Below, one piece after another: positions 16,449-25,845 of a stretch of DNA of 64,000 nt; position 1 is the first letter of the stretch; each line of letters starts with the position of its first letter. The DNA is taken from positions 715,762-779,761 of the forward strand of contig JAPWJZ010000008.1 of NCBI GenBank assembly GCA_028283745.1. Reading direction: 5' to 3'. The notes beneath the pieces are model-generated. The model was not told the origin of the DNA, searched no databases, and saw only the letters and a list, made by a program, of their open reading frames with translations. The translations under genes were made by a program, and so were the position numbers. This stretch comes from Micavibrio sp. Lineage in GTDB: Bacteria > Pseudomonadota > Alphaproteobacteria > Micavibrionales > UBA2020.

Positions 16449-18425
16449 ATGAAACGCATGTTATCGAAAATTGCGAACCGGGTGCCGAGATTGAACGCGC
16501 CGAGGACCTTCATGGGGGCGGCGGCTGTCATCCTCGCCGTCGGTTTGTCGGTTGTGGCGCAGGGCGCGACGGGGGGCATTACCAAGTCGCTGCACCTGAC
16601 TGCAGGCAAGGCTGAAACGGTCAGCCTGCCCAAAGCCGCCGCCGATGTGCTGGTCGCCAACCCGGCCATTGCGGATGTCGGCTCGCTCCGGTCCGACAGG
16701 CTTTACGTCGTCGGCAAGGCGCTGGGGGATACCAACGTCCTCGCCTTTGACGAAGACGGCAACCAGCTGGCCGATATTTCCGTGCATGTGGCGGTGGACG
16801 AAGACAGCCTGCGCGCCTCCCTTCGCCAGTTCTTCCCCAAGGAAGCGGTCGAAGTGCACACGGTTAACGACAACATTGTGCTGCAGGGCATGGTTTCCAC
16901 CCCCGGCGTTGCAAACCAGGTGCGCGACCTTGCCGGCCGCTTCATTAAAACCTCCGGCCAGACGCTGGTGGACCTGATGACCGTGCGCGGCGAACAGCAG
17001 GTGATGCTGAAGGTGAAAGTCGTGGAAGCGCAGCGCGACCTGCTGCGTGAAATCGGCATCGACACCACCATCGGCGGCATTAACGTCGGCAAGGCAACCG
17101 GCAGCTTCGGCTCCAACGGCGTCGGCCTTACCGCGGTCTCGCAGTTTGGTACCGGCACCATTGCGCTTGCCAACGGCGGCAACCTCGGCCCTATCAGCGC
17201 CGATATTTCCGGCCTTGAGCGTGACGGGTTAATCAACCTGCTGGCAGAACCGACGTTGACGGCCATTTCCGGTGAAACCGCGGGCTTCCTTGCGGGCGGC
17301 GAATTCCCCGTTCCCTCGGGTCGCGACAGCAGCGGTAACGTTTCCATCGAATTCAAGCAGTTCGGTGTCTCGCTCAACTTCATCCCGACCGTGCTGGGCA
17401 CAGACCGCATTTCGATGCAGTTGACGTCCGAAGTGTCGGAAAAATCCGACCAGGACAGCGTTACGCTGGCAACGGGCGGCGGCTCGACCATTATTCCGGG
17501 CTTGACCGTGCGCCGTGCGCAAACGACGGTGCAAATGGGCTCCGGCGGCACGCTGATGATCGCAGGCCTGCTGAAGTCCCGCACGGTGGATGCCGTCAAC
17601 GGTTTCCCCGGCCTGAAAGACCTGCCGATTTTGGGCGAGCTGTTCAAGTCGAAATCCTTCCAGCGGGGTGAATCGGAGCTTGTGTTCCTTGTGACCCCTT
17701 ATGTTGTCGAACCTTACGCAATGCCGCAGGCTGACCGCGTGACGGCGGATGATAATTCGCCGCCCCGCGCCATTCTGCCTATCGCGCAGCAAACCCCGCC
17801 GCATGTGCCGCCCGCCAAAGGCTCTGCCGCAACACTGAACCCCGCGACCGATGACGGCAGCCGCTTCAACGACGTAACGCGCCCCGTGGCGCCGCCCGTC
17901 CAGCAGCAGCATTACCAGCCGCAAGGGGAGGAACGCACCGCTGGCACCAAAAAAGTCGATGCCACGCCTGCAAAATCCCTGCAAAGAGGCCCCGCGTATG
18001 CCGGCAATGGTCTGGCCAATAACGGCGGCCTCTCAGCGGCAGAACAGCTGACAATGGTTTCAGCGCCCGTGGCAGATGTTGCTGCAGCGCCGCTCCCCTC
18101 TCCGGTCCGGTCTGTCGGCATGCAGCCGATCATTCGCGGGCAGGGTGCTGTCACGCCAGCCGCCACGGCTAAAATGCAGCCCATCATGACAAAGCCGGTG
18201 ACGCTGGCGGCGCGGCCTGCAGCTGTGCAGCCTTCCGCAACACCACCTCTGCGCGCGGTTGGCATGCAGCCGATTATCAGTGGCAGTACTACGACAGCGG
18301 CAGCGCCCGTTTCAAACGATGCCCAGCCGCTGGCGGCAACCGCTTCCGGTAACGGCAAGAAAGTTTATGGCAACCGGCTTCCCCCACTGGGCGAAAACGC
18401 TTCTTACGGCTATATTGTAGATTAA
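16449..18425 (+). CDS. cpaC: Tad secretin CpaC/RcpA with a long Pro/Ala-rich C-terminal extension
   Basis: 658 aa. Signal peptide, then a pilus-N domain (LHLTAGKAETVSLPKAAADVLVANPAIADV). Secretin core LLAEPTLTAISGETAGFLAGGEFPVP ... FPGLKDLPILGELFKS ... ELVFLVTPYVV. About 240 extra residues follow. Confidence 0.9.
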   Translation: MKRMLSKIANRVPRLNAPRTFMGAAAVILAVGLSVVAQGATGGITKSLHLTAGKAETVSLPKAAADVLVANPAIADVGSLRSDRLYVVGKALGDTNVLAFDEDGNQLADISVHVAVDEDSLRASLRQFFPKEAVEVHTVNDNIVLQGMVSTPGVANQVRDLAGRFIKTSGQTLVDLMTVRGEQQVMLKVKVVEAQRDLLREIGIDTTIGGINVGKATGSFGSNGVGLTAVSQFGTGTIALANGGNLGPISADISGLERDGLINLLAEPTLTAISGETAGFLAGGEFPVPSGRDSSGNVSIEFKQFGVSLNFIPTVLGTDRISMQLTSEVSEKSDQDSVTLATGGGSTIIPGLTVRRAQTTVQMGSGGTLMIAGLLKSRTVDAVNGFPGLKDLPILGELFKSKSFQRGESELVFLVTPYVVEPYAMPQADRVTADDNSPPRAILPIAQQTPPHVPPAKGSAATLNPATDDGSRFNDVTRPVAPPVQQQHYQPQGEERTAGTKKVDATPAKSLQRGPAYAGNGLANNGGLSAAEQLTMVSAPVADVAAAPLPSPVRSVGMQPIIRGQGAVTPAATAKMQPIMTKPVTLAARPAAVQPSATPPLRAVGMQPIISGSTTTAAAPVSNDAQPLAATASGNGKKVYGNRLPPLGENASYGYIVD

Positions 18426-18437
18426 AGGGGAATCAGC

Positions 18438-19202
18438 ATGAAGCATTCCAGGTTTTCGGTATTCTGCGGCGTTGCCCAAATATGCGGCGTTGCCCAAATA
18501 TGCGGCGTTGCCCAAATATGCGGCGTTGCCATGTCGGCGCTTTTGCTGTCTGGCTGCGACATGTCCACGCCGTCGCAAGTGAAGGTGCAGCAAATGCAGG
18601 TCGTCGACGGCATGAAGACGCTTGAGCTTCCGGCCGCAGCGCTCAATGCCACACGCGTGAACGTGGTGGCGGATGATTACCTGCGCAACGGCAAAGGCGC
18701 TTTCCGCATGGTTGTGCCTTACGTTGGCGGCGACCCCTTGAGCAAAGTCACGGCCGAGCGCGAAGCGGCAGACTACAAAAAAGCCTTCGCCAAGCGCGGG
18801 CTTGATGTTTCGAGCATTGATTACGCCGGCGTTGGCATGGAAGATACCGGCGCGATTGTCGTGTCCTATATGTCCACCATGGCGCAGGCCCCTGCAGACT
18901 GCAAACAGCTGACCGGCAGTCACGGCGCCGCCACGCTGGAAGAAGGCCGCAAATACAAAATGGGCTGCGAGCTGCAAACGGCGATGAGCCAGATGATCGC
19001 GCATCCCGAAGACCTGATGGGTAATGCCGGCACGCCGGACAGCGATTCCCGCCGCCAGGGCGCCATTACCGAGCATTTCAATTCCGGCGTCACCAACGCG
19101 CCGCTTAACGGCCTGAACGCAAGCTCCACCGGCACAACAACCGTGACCGGCGGCGGCATTAGCGCCGGCAGCAAGAACCCCAGCAATGGCGGCGGCGGCT
19201 AG
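18438..19202 (+). CDS. cpaD: CpaD-family pilus biogenesis lipoprotein
   Basis: 254 aa. Lipobox LLLSGC. C-terminal CpaD-like GCELQTAMSQMIAHPEDLMGNAGTPDSDSRRQGAI. The signal peptide contains the CGVAQI tandem repeat. Confidence 0.7.
   Translation: MKHSRFSVFCGVAQICGVAQICGVAQICGVAMSALLLSGCDMSTPSQVKVQQMQVVDGMKTLELPAAALNATRVNVVADDYLRNGKGAFRMVVPYVGGDPLSKVTAEREAADYKKAFAKRGLDVSSIDYAGVGMEDTGAIVVSYMSTMAQAPADCKQLTGSHGAATLEEGRKYKMGCELQTAMSQMIAHPEDLMGNAGTPDSDSRRQGAITEHFNSGVTNAPLNGLNASSTGTTTVTGGGISAGSKNPSNGGGG
18465..18530 (+). repeat. Perfect 18-bp tandem repeat, 3.7 copies (tgcggcgttgcccaaata), in frame inside the cpaD signal peptide
   Basis: Units at 18465-18482, 18483-18500 and 18501-18518, plus a partial unit at 18519-30. 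They encode CGVAQI x3 followed by CGVA. Confidence 0.95.
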
Positions 19203-19214
19203 GAAAGGTCGGCG

Positions 19215-20462
19215 ATGAGCCAGGATGTCACGACAACGCTGCTGCCGTCGTCACGTGTCGACTGCTTCGTGCTGGACGAGGGAACCGCGCGCACCGCGCA
19301 GGCCCTTGCCGACGACTGGCGGTTTGCGCGCGTTGCGGTGCAGGTCTATGGCGGGGAAATAGAATCCGCCATTGCGACCTATGCGCAGCAACCGTCGCCC
19401 GATGTGCTGATCATCGAAACCAACGACATCTCCGAAAATTTCATTGCCCAGCTGGGCCAGCTCGCGGGCGTTTGCGCCGAACATACGGACGCCGTCATTA
19501 TCGGTCCCATGAATGACGTACACCTTTACCGCAGCCTTGTCGGCATGGGCGTGCGCGACTATCTGGTGCGCCCGGTGCCGCAGGAAGACCTTGTGAAGGT
19601 CATTGCCAAGGCGCTCATTGACAAGCGCGGCCTTTCCGGCGCGCGGCTTGTGACGGTCATGGGCACCAAGGGCGGCGTTGGCACCACCACTGTTGCGCAG
19701 TCTCTCGCGTGGATCATCGCTGAAACGGTGAAGCAGAAAACCATTATCATGGACGCCGCCGGCAGTTCCGGCAGCCTCGGCGTCGGTTTCGGGCTTGAGC
19801 CTGTATCGCCGCTGGCGGAAGTTGTGCGCATTGGCGCAAGCGGCAGCGAAGACGACATGCGCCGCGTCATTCAAACCTCGACCGAGCAGCTTTCGGTACT
19901 GGTCTGCGGCGGCGAACCGTTGCTGACGGACAGCCCGGATGCCGACAGCGTCGAAGCGCTCGTCAACCGCGTCATGCAAAAATACCCCGTCGTGGTGATG
20001 GACCTTTCCGGCACCTCGGCTTCCGTGCAAAAACGCATGTTGTCGCGCGCCGCGCACATTGTGCTGGTGACAACGCCCATGCTGCCGTCGCTGCGCAACT
20101 GCCGCACGCTGCTCAATGAAATTCGCCACCTGCGCGGCGGCTTCAAGGAAACCGAAATTATCGTCAACATGCAGGGGCAGGCCCCCGGCGAGGAAGTGGC
20201 GTTCAAGGATATCAAGGACGCGCTGGAGCTTGAACCCAGCATGAAGCTGGCATATGCGCCCAAGGTTTTTGCGGCGGCCGAAGCATCCGGCAAGCCTGTC
20301 GGCCAGAACAAGGCGGCGGCAGATATTATGAAGGCGCTGCAACCGCTGGCGGAACATGCCGCAGGTGCCGTCGCCAAAGAAACGGCCGAGCCGAAAAAAG
20401 ACGGCGGCGGCAGCGCGGGGGGCTTGAATTTCCTCAAGTCACTCGGCAAAAAGAACAAGTAA
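19215..20462 (+). CDS. cpaE: CpaE/TadZ pilus-localisation ATPase (ParA/MinD-like with N-terminal receiver-like domain)
   Basis: 415 aa. Deviant Walker A region VTVMGTKGGVGTTTVAQSLA. Sits in the cpaD-cpaF position. Confidence 0.85.
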   Translation: MSQDVTTTLLPSSRVDCFVLDEGTARTAQALADDWRFARVAVQVYGGEIESAIATYAQQPSPDVLIIETNDISENFIAQLGQLAGVCAEHTDAVIIGPMNDVHLYRSLVGMGVRDYLVRPVPQEDLVKVIAKALIDKRGLSGARLVTVMGTKGGVGTTTVAQSLAWIIAETVKQKTIIMDAAGSSGSLGVGFGLEPVSPLAEVVRIGASGSEDDMRRVIQTSTEQLSVLVCGGEPLLTDSPDADSVEALVNRVMQKYPVVVMDLSGTSASVQKRMLSRAAHIVLVTTPMLPSLRNCRTLLNEIRHLRGGFKETEIIVNMQGQAPGEEVAFKDIKDALELEPSMKLAYAPKVFAAAEASGKPVGQNKAAADIMKALQPLAEHAAGAVAKETAEPKKDGGGSAGGLNFLKSLGKKNK

Positions 20463-20474
20463 GGGGAGGGGCAT

Positions 20475-22358
20475 ATGTTCGGCAAACGACCAGATTCAGC
20501 ATCATCCACCAACCCGACCGCGAAACCCGCCGCACCGCCCGTGATGGACACGCCGGAAGCAGCACCCGCGGCCCCGCCGCTTGCAGCACCCCCACCTGTT
20601 GCGGCAAGACCGGTGGCGCCGCCGCCGCCCGTTGTTGCGCCCCCGCCTGTCGTTGCAAAGCCTGTCGCGCCCCCGCCGCCCGTCGCCGTAAAACCGCCGC
20701 CTGTTCTGGCGCCGCCGCCGGTTGCGGCAAAGCCCCCCGTTTCTGCGCCCCCCGTGGCCGCACCTGTTGCGCCGCCGCCGGTTGCCGCTGCCCCCGTCGC
20801 AGCGCCACCTGTCGCCGCGCCGCCGCCCGTAATGGCGCCGCCGGTGGCCGCAGCACCAGCTGAACCTGAAGCACCTGCGCCGGCCAGCATGACGCCTGCG
20901 GCGCCGGTCAGTACTGTGCCTGCCTCGCCGGTCAGCGCTGCGCCTGCTGCGAATGCCGTGCCGCCACCGCCGCCCGTGCAAACATCCGCCATGAAGCCGC
21001 CGCCCGTCGCGGCTGCGCCTGCCGTTGCGAAACCCGCTGCCGCAGCAACGCCCGCACCTGCTGCCGCTGCGCCCGCCGTACAGGCCAACCCGCGCATGGA
21101 TCGCGCACGCAAGCGCATCTGGACCGACCTTCGTGATGGTATCGACCTCAAATCGCTCGCCCGCATGGATGCGGAAGCCGCGCGAACCGAAATTCTTTCC
21201 GCCGTGCAGGAAATCGGCCAGTTCCGCGGGCTTGACGTAACCCCCGCCGAACTTGCGCAGATCGCGAAGGAGGCCGCCGACGACATGCTCGGCTTTGGCC
21301 CGCTTGAAGAACTGCTGGCGATGGACGGCATCGCCGATATCATGATCAACGGCCCGAAAACGATTTACATCGAATTGAAGGGAAAAATCCAGCGCGCGAG
21401 CATCGAGTTCCGCGACAACCAGCACCTGCTCACCATCTGCCAGCGCATCGTCGGCGTTATCGGCCGCCGCGTCGATGAAAGCTCCCCCATTTGCGACGCG
21501 CGCCTGCCGGACGGTTCCCGCGTCAACGTCATCATCCCGCCGCTGGCGATTGATGGCTGCACCATGACCATTCGTAAATTCGCCAAGGAAAAGCTGACGC
21601 TGGATAAGCTGGTCGAATTTAAAGCCATGACCCCCAACTGCGCCGAGATGATTAAAATTGTCGGTGCCTGCCGCGCCAACGTGCTGGTGTCGGGCGGTAC
21701 GGGTTCCGGCAAAACCACCATGCTCAACTGCCTCACCCGCTATATGAACCAGGGCGAGCGCGTGATTACGTGCGAGGACGCGGCCGAGTTGCAACTGCAG
21801 CAGCCGCACGTGGTGCGCCTTGAAACCCGCCCGCCCAACCTTGAGGGCGTGGGTGAAGTCACCATGCGCGACCTTGTGAAGAACTGCCTGCGTATGCGCC
21901 CCGACCGCATCATCGTCGGCGAGGTGCGGGGGCCTGAAGCCTTCGACCTGCTGCAGGCCATGAACACGGGCCACGACGGTTCCATGGGCACCGTCCACGC
22001 CAACAACCCGCGCGAGGCGCTGACCCGCCTTGAAAACATGATCGCCATGGGCGGGTTGAACTTGCCGTCCGCCGCCGTGCGGGAGCAGATTGCCTCTGCC
22101 GTCAACGTCATCATCCAGGTGCAGCGCCTGCGCGATGGTTCGCGCAAAGTCACGCACATCACCGAAATCACCGGCATGGAGGGCGAAGTCGTCACCATGC
22201 AGGACCTGTTCCGCCTCGAATACGAAGGCGAGGACGAATTCGGCCGCATCCTCGGCAAGCAAAAATCATCCGGCCTGCGCCCGATTTTGTTCGACCGCGC
22301 CCGCATGTACGGCCTCGAGAAAAAACTTCTCGATGTCATGGCGGAGGCATACACGTAA
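20475..22358 (+). CDS. cpaF: CpaF/TadA secretion ATPase with a 207-aa Pro/Ala-rich N-terminal extension
   Basis: 627 aa. Walker [12 protein letters not shown], Asp box [12 protein letters not shown], Walker [13 protein letters not shown], His box [12 protein letters not shown]. The canonical CpaF N-terminus begins near MDRARKRIW (ATG 21096). Confidence 0.92.
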   Translation: MFGKRPDSASSTNPTAKPAAPPVMDTPEAAPAAPPLAAPPPVAARPVAPPPPVVAPPPVVAKPVAPPPPVAVKPPPVLAPPPVAAKPPVSAPPVAAPVAPPPVAAAPVAAPPVAAPPPVMAPPVAAAPAEPEAPAPASMTPAAPVSTVPASPVSAAPAANAVPPPPPVQTSAMKPPPVAAAPAVAKPAAAATPAPAAAAPAVQANPRMDRARKRIWTDLRDGIDLKSLARMDAEAARTEILSAVQEIGQFRGLDVTPAELAQIAKEAADDMLGFGPLEELLAMDGIADIMINGPKTIYIELKGKIQRASIEFRDNQHLLTICQRIVGVIGRRVDESSPICDARLPDGSRVNVIIPPLAIDGCTMTIRKFAKEKLTLDKLVEFKAMTPNCAEMIKIVGACRANVLVSGGTGSGKTTMLNCLTRYMNQGERVITCEDAAELQLQQPHVVRLETRPPNLEGVGEVTMRDLVKNCLRMRPDRIIVGEVRGPEAFDLLQAMNTGHDGSMGTVHANNPREALTRLENMIAMGGLNLPSAAVREQIASAVNVIIQVQRLRDGSRKVTHITEITGMEGEVVTMQDLFRLEYEGEDEFGRILGKQKSSGLRPILFDRARMYGLEKKLLDVMAEAYT

Positions 22359-22359
22359 C

Positions 22360-23334
22360 ATGAGCTGGCTGGCTTTCGTTCTTGTGCTGCTTGCGATCCT
22401 CGCCATTGCGGGGGCTTTCGCCATGTCGGTCAACAAGCGGCAGCAGCAGCGCAACCGCGTTCTTTCCGTCATCACCCGCGCGGGTGCGGCCAAGGAAGAC
22501 AGCGCTGGCAAGCAAAACATGCGCCAGCGCGCCGACATTGCCCGCAAGCTGAAGGACGCCGGCAAGGAAGAAGAAAAGAAGAAAGACAAAGTCACCATCC
22601 GCGAAATGATGCAGCAGGCGGGTATTGATGCGCCTGTGTCGCGCTTCTGGATTGCATCGGCCATTTTCGCCGCTGTTACGTGCCTCTTCCTGCTGGAAGT
22701 ATTGTCGTGGCCGCCGGTTGCCGTTATTTTTGCAACCTTCGCCGCCTTCCTCGGCGTGCCGCGCCTGGTGCTGAGAATAAAAGCGAAGCGCCGCCAGAAA
22801 AAATTCCTGACCGAATTCCCCGACGCGCTTGATGGCTGCGTGCGCCTGCTGCAGGCGGGTATGCCCATTTCCGAAGCGATTGCCATGGTCAGCCGCGAAT
22901 ATACCGGCCCGCTGCGTGAAGAAATGCTGCGCATCTATGATAACCAGCGCATCGGCGTGCCGCTGGGGCAGGCGGCGAAGGAAACGACGAAGCGCATTCC
23001 TCTCACCGAAGTGCATATGTTTGCAACCGCGCTGCAGATCCAGTCGGAAACAGGCTCCTCCCTGTCCGAAATTCTGTCGAACCTTTCAAACGTCATCCGC
23101 CAGCGCTTTCGTCTGCGCCGCAAGGTTCAGGCGCTGTCGTCGGAGGCAATATCGTCCGCTGCCATCATCGGCTCGCTGCCGTTTATCGTGTCGTTCGGCC
23201 TGTGGTGCGTGAACCCTAAATATATGGACCCGCTGCTGCATACCCCGCACGGGCATATCTATCTTGTTTTTTGCGGCATCTGGATGACTTGCGGCATTCT
23301 TGTCATGCGGGCGATGATCAACTTCAAGATTTGA
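22360..23334 (+). CDS. tadB: Flp pilus assembly inner-membrane protein TadB
   Basis: The ORF opens at 22090 inside cpaF. ATG 22360 lies 1 nt after the cpaF stop and gives [19 protein letters not shown]2SS-F-like region [22 protein letters not shown]. Confidence 0.85.
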   Translation: MSWLAFVLVLLAILAIAGAFAMSVNKRQQQRNRVLSVITRAGAAKEDSAGKQNMRQRADIARKLKDAGKEEEKKKDKVTIREMMQQAGIDAPVSRFWIASAIFAAVTCLFLLEVLSWPPVAVIFATFAAFLGVPRLVLRIKAKRRQKKFLTEFPDALDGCVRLLQAGMPISEAIAMVSREYTGPLREEMLRIYDNQRIGVPLGQAAKETTKRIPLTEVHMFATALQIQSETGSSLSEILSNLSNVIRQRFRLRRKVQALSSEAISSAAIIGSLPFIVSFGLWCVNPKYMDPLLHTPHGHIYLVFCGIWMTCGILVMRAMINFKI

Positions 23335-23340
23335 GGACCT

Positions 23341-24303
23341 ATGGACTTCCTGAGCAGCCTTAACGCGACGTTCTTCATCGTCTTCCTGTCGGCGGGTGCC
23401 GCGGCAATTACCTTTATTGCCTTTGCGCTGCCGTTGCTGGCGCGCAAGGAAAAGCAGGCGCGTTACAAGGAAGTGATCGAGAAAAAGCGCCGCGCCCTGT
23501 TTGAACAGGCGCGGGAACAGGTTAATAAACCGCAGGTCACGAAGCAGGATGTCTCGGCGGCGCAGTCTGTGGCATCGCTATATAAACTGCAGCGGATTGC
23601 CGGTAGCGCCAGCGATTCCGCCCGTGCATTGATGCTGCGCGCCGGTGTGCGCGACCCCATGGCGCCGCTGATTTACCTCATTTCCCGCATTGTGCTGCCG
23701 GTATTGTTTTCGGGCTTTGCCATTCTTGTCATGGTCGGCGGCCAGAAGGAATTTGCCGACGGCACCAAGGCGATGGTGACGCTGGGTGCTGCGGTCATTG
23801 GTTTCTTCCTGCCGTATATTTTGATGAAGAACAATGCCGACAAACGCCAGCAGGAAATTGCCCTGGCTTTTCCCGACAGCCTCGACATGATGCTGATTTG
23901 CGTGCAGGGCGGTATTGGTATTGAAGCTGCTATAAACCGCATCGCCGACGTTATTGCCGGGCATTCCGAAGCGCTGGCCGAAGAACTCGGCATTTTATGC
24001 GCCGAGCTTGGCATGATGAGCGACCGCAAAGCCGCGTTTCAGGGTTTTGCTTCCCGCGTCGGTTCCGGCCCTGCGCGGTCGTTTGCAACGGCCATGCTGC
24101 AGGCGGAGCAATACGGTACGTCGGTGTCAAAAGCCCTGCGCGTCCTGGCCGATGAAACACGCGCCGTGCGCATGGCGACCGCGGAACAAAAGGCGGCATC
24201 CCTGCCGCCCAAGCTGACCGTGCCGATGATCCTGTTCTTCCTGCCGGTGCTGTTCGTGGTTATTCTGGGCCCTGCCTTCCTGAAGGGCTTCAAGACGCAC
24301 TAA
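23341..24303 (+). CDS. tadC: Flp pilus assembly inner-membrane protein TadC
   Basis: 320 aa. T2SS-F-like region FPDSLDMMLICVQGGIGIEAAI. Paralogous to tadB. Confidence 0.85.
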   Translation: MDFLSSLNATFFIVFLSAGAAAITFIAFALPLLARKEKQARYKEVIEKKRRALFEQAREQVNKPQVTKQDVSAAQSVASLYKLQRIAGSASDSARALMLRAGVRDPMAPLIYLISRIVLPVLFSGFAILVMVGGQKEFADGTKAMVTLGAAVIGFFLPYILMKNNADKRQQEIALAFPDSLDMMLICVQGGIGIEAAINRIADVIAGHSEALAEELGILCAELGMMSDRKAAFQGFASRVGSGPARSFATAMLQAEQYGTSVSKALRVLADETRAVRMATAEQKAASLPPKLTVPMILFFLPVLFVVILGPAFLKGFKTH

Positions 24304-24310
24304 AGAAAAA

Positions 24311-24340
24311 GCGCGCTGTTGTATAGCGCGCCTTCTTTTA
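24311..24340. terminator. Bidirectional terminator between convergent tadC and the tadD-like gene
   Basis: aaaaaGCGCGCTgttgtatAGCGCGCcttctttt. Confidence 0.6.
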
Positions 24341-24358
24341 GCGGGTTACTTAAAAACC

Positions 24359-25237
24359 TTACTTTGCAGGCTTGTTGCAGACGGTGACGGTTTTGCAGTC
24401 CGTAGCCTTTTTGACCGTGTGGTGATGATGCACGGTCTTTTTCTTGGCCGGTTTCTTCACGGTTTTTACAGGTGCTTTCGCAACGGTGACGGGCGCTTTT
24501 GCAATCACCGCATCGCGCTGTTTTGAAATAAGGTCAATGTTGCGGGCAATCTCGGTTTTGTCGGGTGCAATCACCAGCGCCTTGCGAAGGGTGCTGAGGG
24601 ATTCATCGTACTTGCCCTGGCTTGCAAGACTAAGGCCGAGGTTATTCATGACAGAGGTCGGGTTGCCCTGCCAGCCGTCAAGCGCCATGCGGAACATTTG
24701 CTCGGCGTCTTTATGCGCGCCGCGGGCGTCAAGCGCAACGCCCATCAGGTTATAGGCATCGGTTTCTTCGGCCTTGGTCGGCTGCGCCTTCAGGGCGGCG
24801 GTCGCAAAGATTTCTGCCTTGGAAAAATCACCCAGCGCAATGTTGTCGGCGGCGGCTTCATTCAGGAAGGTCGCATCCGCATTCGTCAGCGGGTCGCCGG
24901 CCTTATTGGTGGCAAAACCGTGCAGCACGGCAAGGCCCTTGGCAGGGTTGCCGGTTTTGCGCAGCAGCGTTGCGTAGCGCAGCACGGTGGGTGCGTCTTT
25001 CTTGTTCGCCTTGTATGAAATTTCCGACAGGCGCAGCGCTTCGTTGATGTTGCCGCTGAACAGCGCGGCATCTGCCGACACATCCTGCCGCATTTCACGC
25101 GCATTCTGCTGGCCACGCAGGCTGTCCGCCGCTTTGCCGAAGTAGGGCGTATCGATGGGCTTTGCATGGCAGCCGGACAGGGCGAGGGCCGAAACAAGCA
25201 TCAGCGCCGCGGCAGGCGCGGAAAAACGGGGTTTCAT
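24359..25237 (-). CDS. tadD: TPR-repeat lipoprotein, TadD-like
   Basis: 292 aa. Lipobox ALALSGC. TPR-like helices (YNLMGVALDARGAHKDAEQMFRMAL, NNLGLSLASQGKYDESLSTLRKAL). Lys-rich C-tail with HHHH and two Cys. Confidence 0.75.
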   Translation of the reverse strand: MKPRFSAPAAALMLVSALALSGCHAKPIDTPYFGKAADSLRGQQNAREMRQDVSADAALFSGNINEALRLSEISYKANKKDAPTVLRYATLLRKTGNPAKGLAVLHGFATNKAGDPLTNADATFLNEAAADNIALGDFSKAEIFATAALKAQPTKAEETDAYNLMGVALDARGAHKDAEQMFRMALDGWQGNPTSVMNNLGLSLASQGKYDESLSTLRKALVIAPDKTEIARNIDLISKQRDAVIAKAPVTVAKAPVKTVKKPAKKKTVHHHHTVKKATDCKTVTVCNKPAK

Positions 25238-25845
25238 CAGCGGGGTTCTCCGGGGCCGGGCGGCGTATTGGGGGGCACGGCTTGCTGGTCGCCGCCGTTG
25301 TTGATATTGGCATTGCCGACAATGTCGGGCACCGTGGTCGGGCTGGCTTCGGGCTGCACCGGCAGCACTTCATAGCAGCCGTCGGGGCAGAAGAAATAGG
25401 CGGAGGGCTGGCAGTTCGCATCCGCGCCGCTGCACATGCGGCGGATGCGCACGTATTTTTCTTTCGCTTGCGCTGCGACCACGATGGTTTTCGCCACGAT
25501 GGTTTCGCCCTTGGCGTTCAGTACGGTCATTGTGGTGGCACCGGGCGTGCGCGGCATAACGACAAGAAGGCGGGGCGAGTCCAGTATTACGCCCGCATGT
25601 GCCGAGTTGGTGACGATAACGCTGACAGCGTCCTGGTCAAGGCGCACTACTTTGGCGCTGCCGGGCGAGACACGGATAATGCCGTCGCTATCGACTTTGG
25701 CATCCTCCAGTTTATTGGCATTTTTAACGCCAGAATCGGCGCCGCTTTTGGTCGCCGGTGATATGTCGTCCGACCCGTCCGCAAAAGCGGGGGCGGAAAT
25801 CAGCAAACACAAGGCGATGACGAATCCCGGCCAGCTTTTGATCAT
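25237..25845 (-). CDS. Secreted protein with a pilus-assembly N-terminal (CpaC-N-like) domain
   Basis: 202 aa. Signal peptide MIKSWPGFVIALCLLISAPAFA. IRVSPGSAKVVRLDQDAVSVIVTNSAHAGVILDSPRLLVVMPRTPGATTMTVLNAKGE resembles the secretin N-terminal pilus-N module. Its stop overlaps the tadD-like ATG (TGATG). Confidence 0.65.
   Translation of the reverse strand: MIKSWPGFVIALCLLISAPAFADGSDDISPATKSGADSGVKNANKLEDAKVDSDGIIRVSPGSAKVVRLDQDAVSVIVTNSAHAGVILDSPRLLVVMPRTPGATTMTVLNAKGETIVAKTIVVAAQAKEKYVRIRRMCSGADANCQPSAYFFCPDGCYEVLPVQPEASPTTVPDIVGNANINNGGDQQAVPPNTPPGPGEPR

Noticed and set aside
18465-18530. Considered whether the short perfect repeats here, or the 729-bp periodicity at 30.8-33.1 kb, could be a CRISPR array.
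   Set aside because: The 18-bp units are contiguous with no spacers and lie in frame within a CDS. The 729-bp units are coding modules. No cas genes are present.
20475-21095. The possibility that the Pro/Ala-rich stretch is non-coding and that cpaF starts at ATG 21096.
   Set aside because: Not fully excluded. However, a 620-bp stop-free, strongly codon-periodic stretch beginning with RBS plus ATG 12 nt after cpaE is very unlikely to be an untranslated spacer. It is kept as coding and flagged as a finding.
19871-22262. 492-aa and 586-aa minus-strand ORFs opposite cpaE/cpaF.
   Set aside because: These are Gly/Ala/Arg-rich shadows of the Pro/Ala repeat and of the GC-rich ATPase gene. The plus strand has complete Walker, Asp-box and His-box motifs.
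22090-22359. Longest-ORF starts that run into the preceding gene. These are tadB from 22090, hlyD from 38511, the EamA transporter from 51880, cdd from 51483, the OMF from 56838, tetR to 57124, ppiB to 45076 and the tadG-like gene from 12159.
   Set aside because: In each case an internal ATG or GTG with an RBS lies at or next to the upstream stop and yields the expected N-terminus (signal peptide, lipobox, TM or a conserved start). The extensions are Arg-rich out-of-context sequence.
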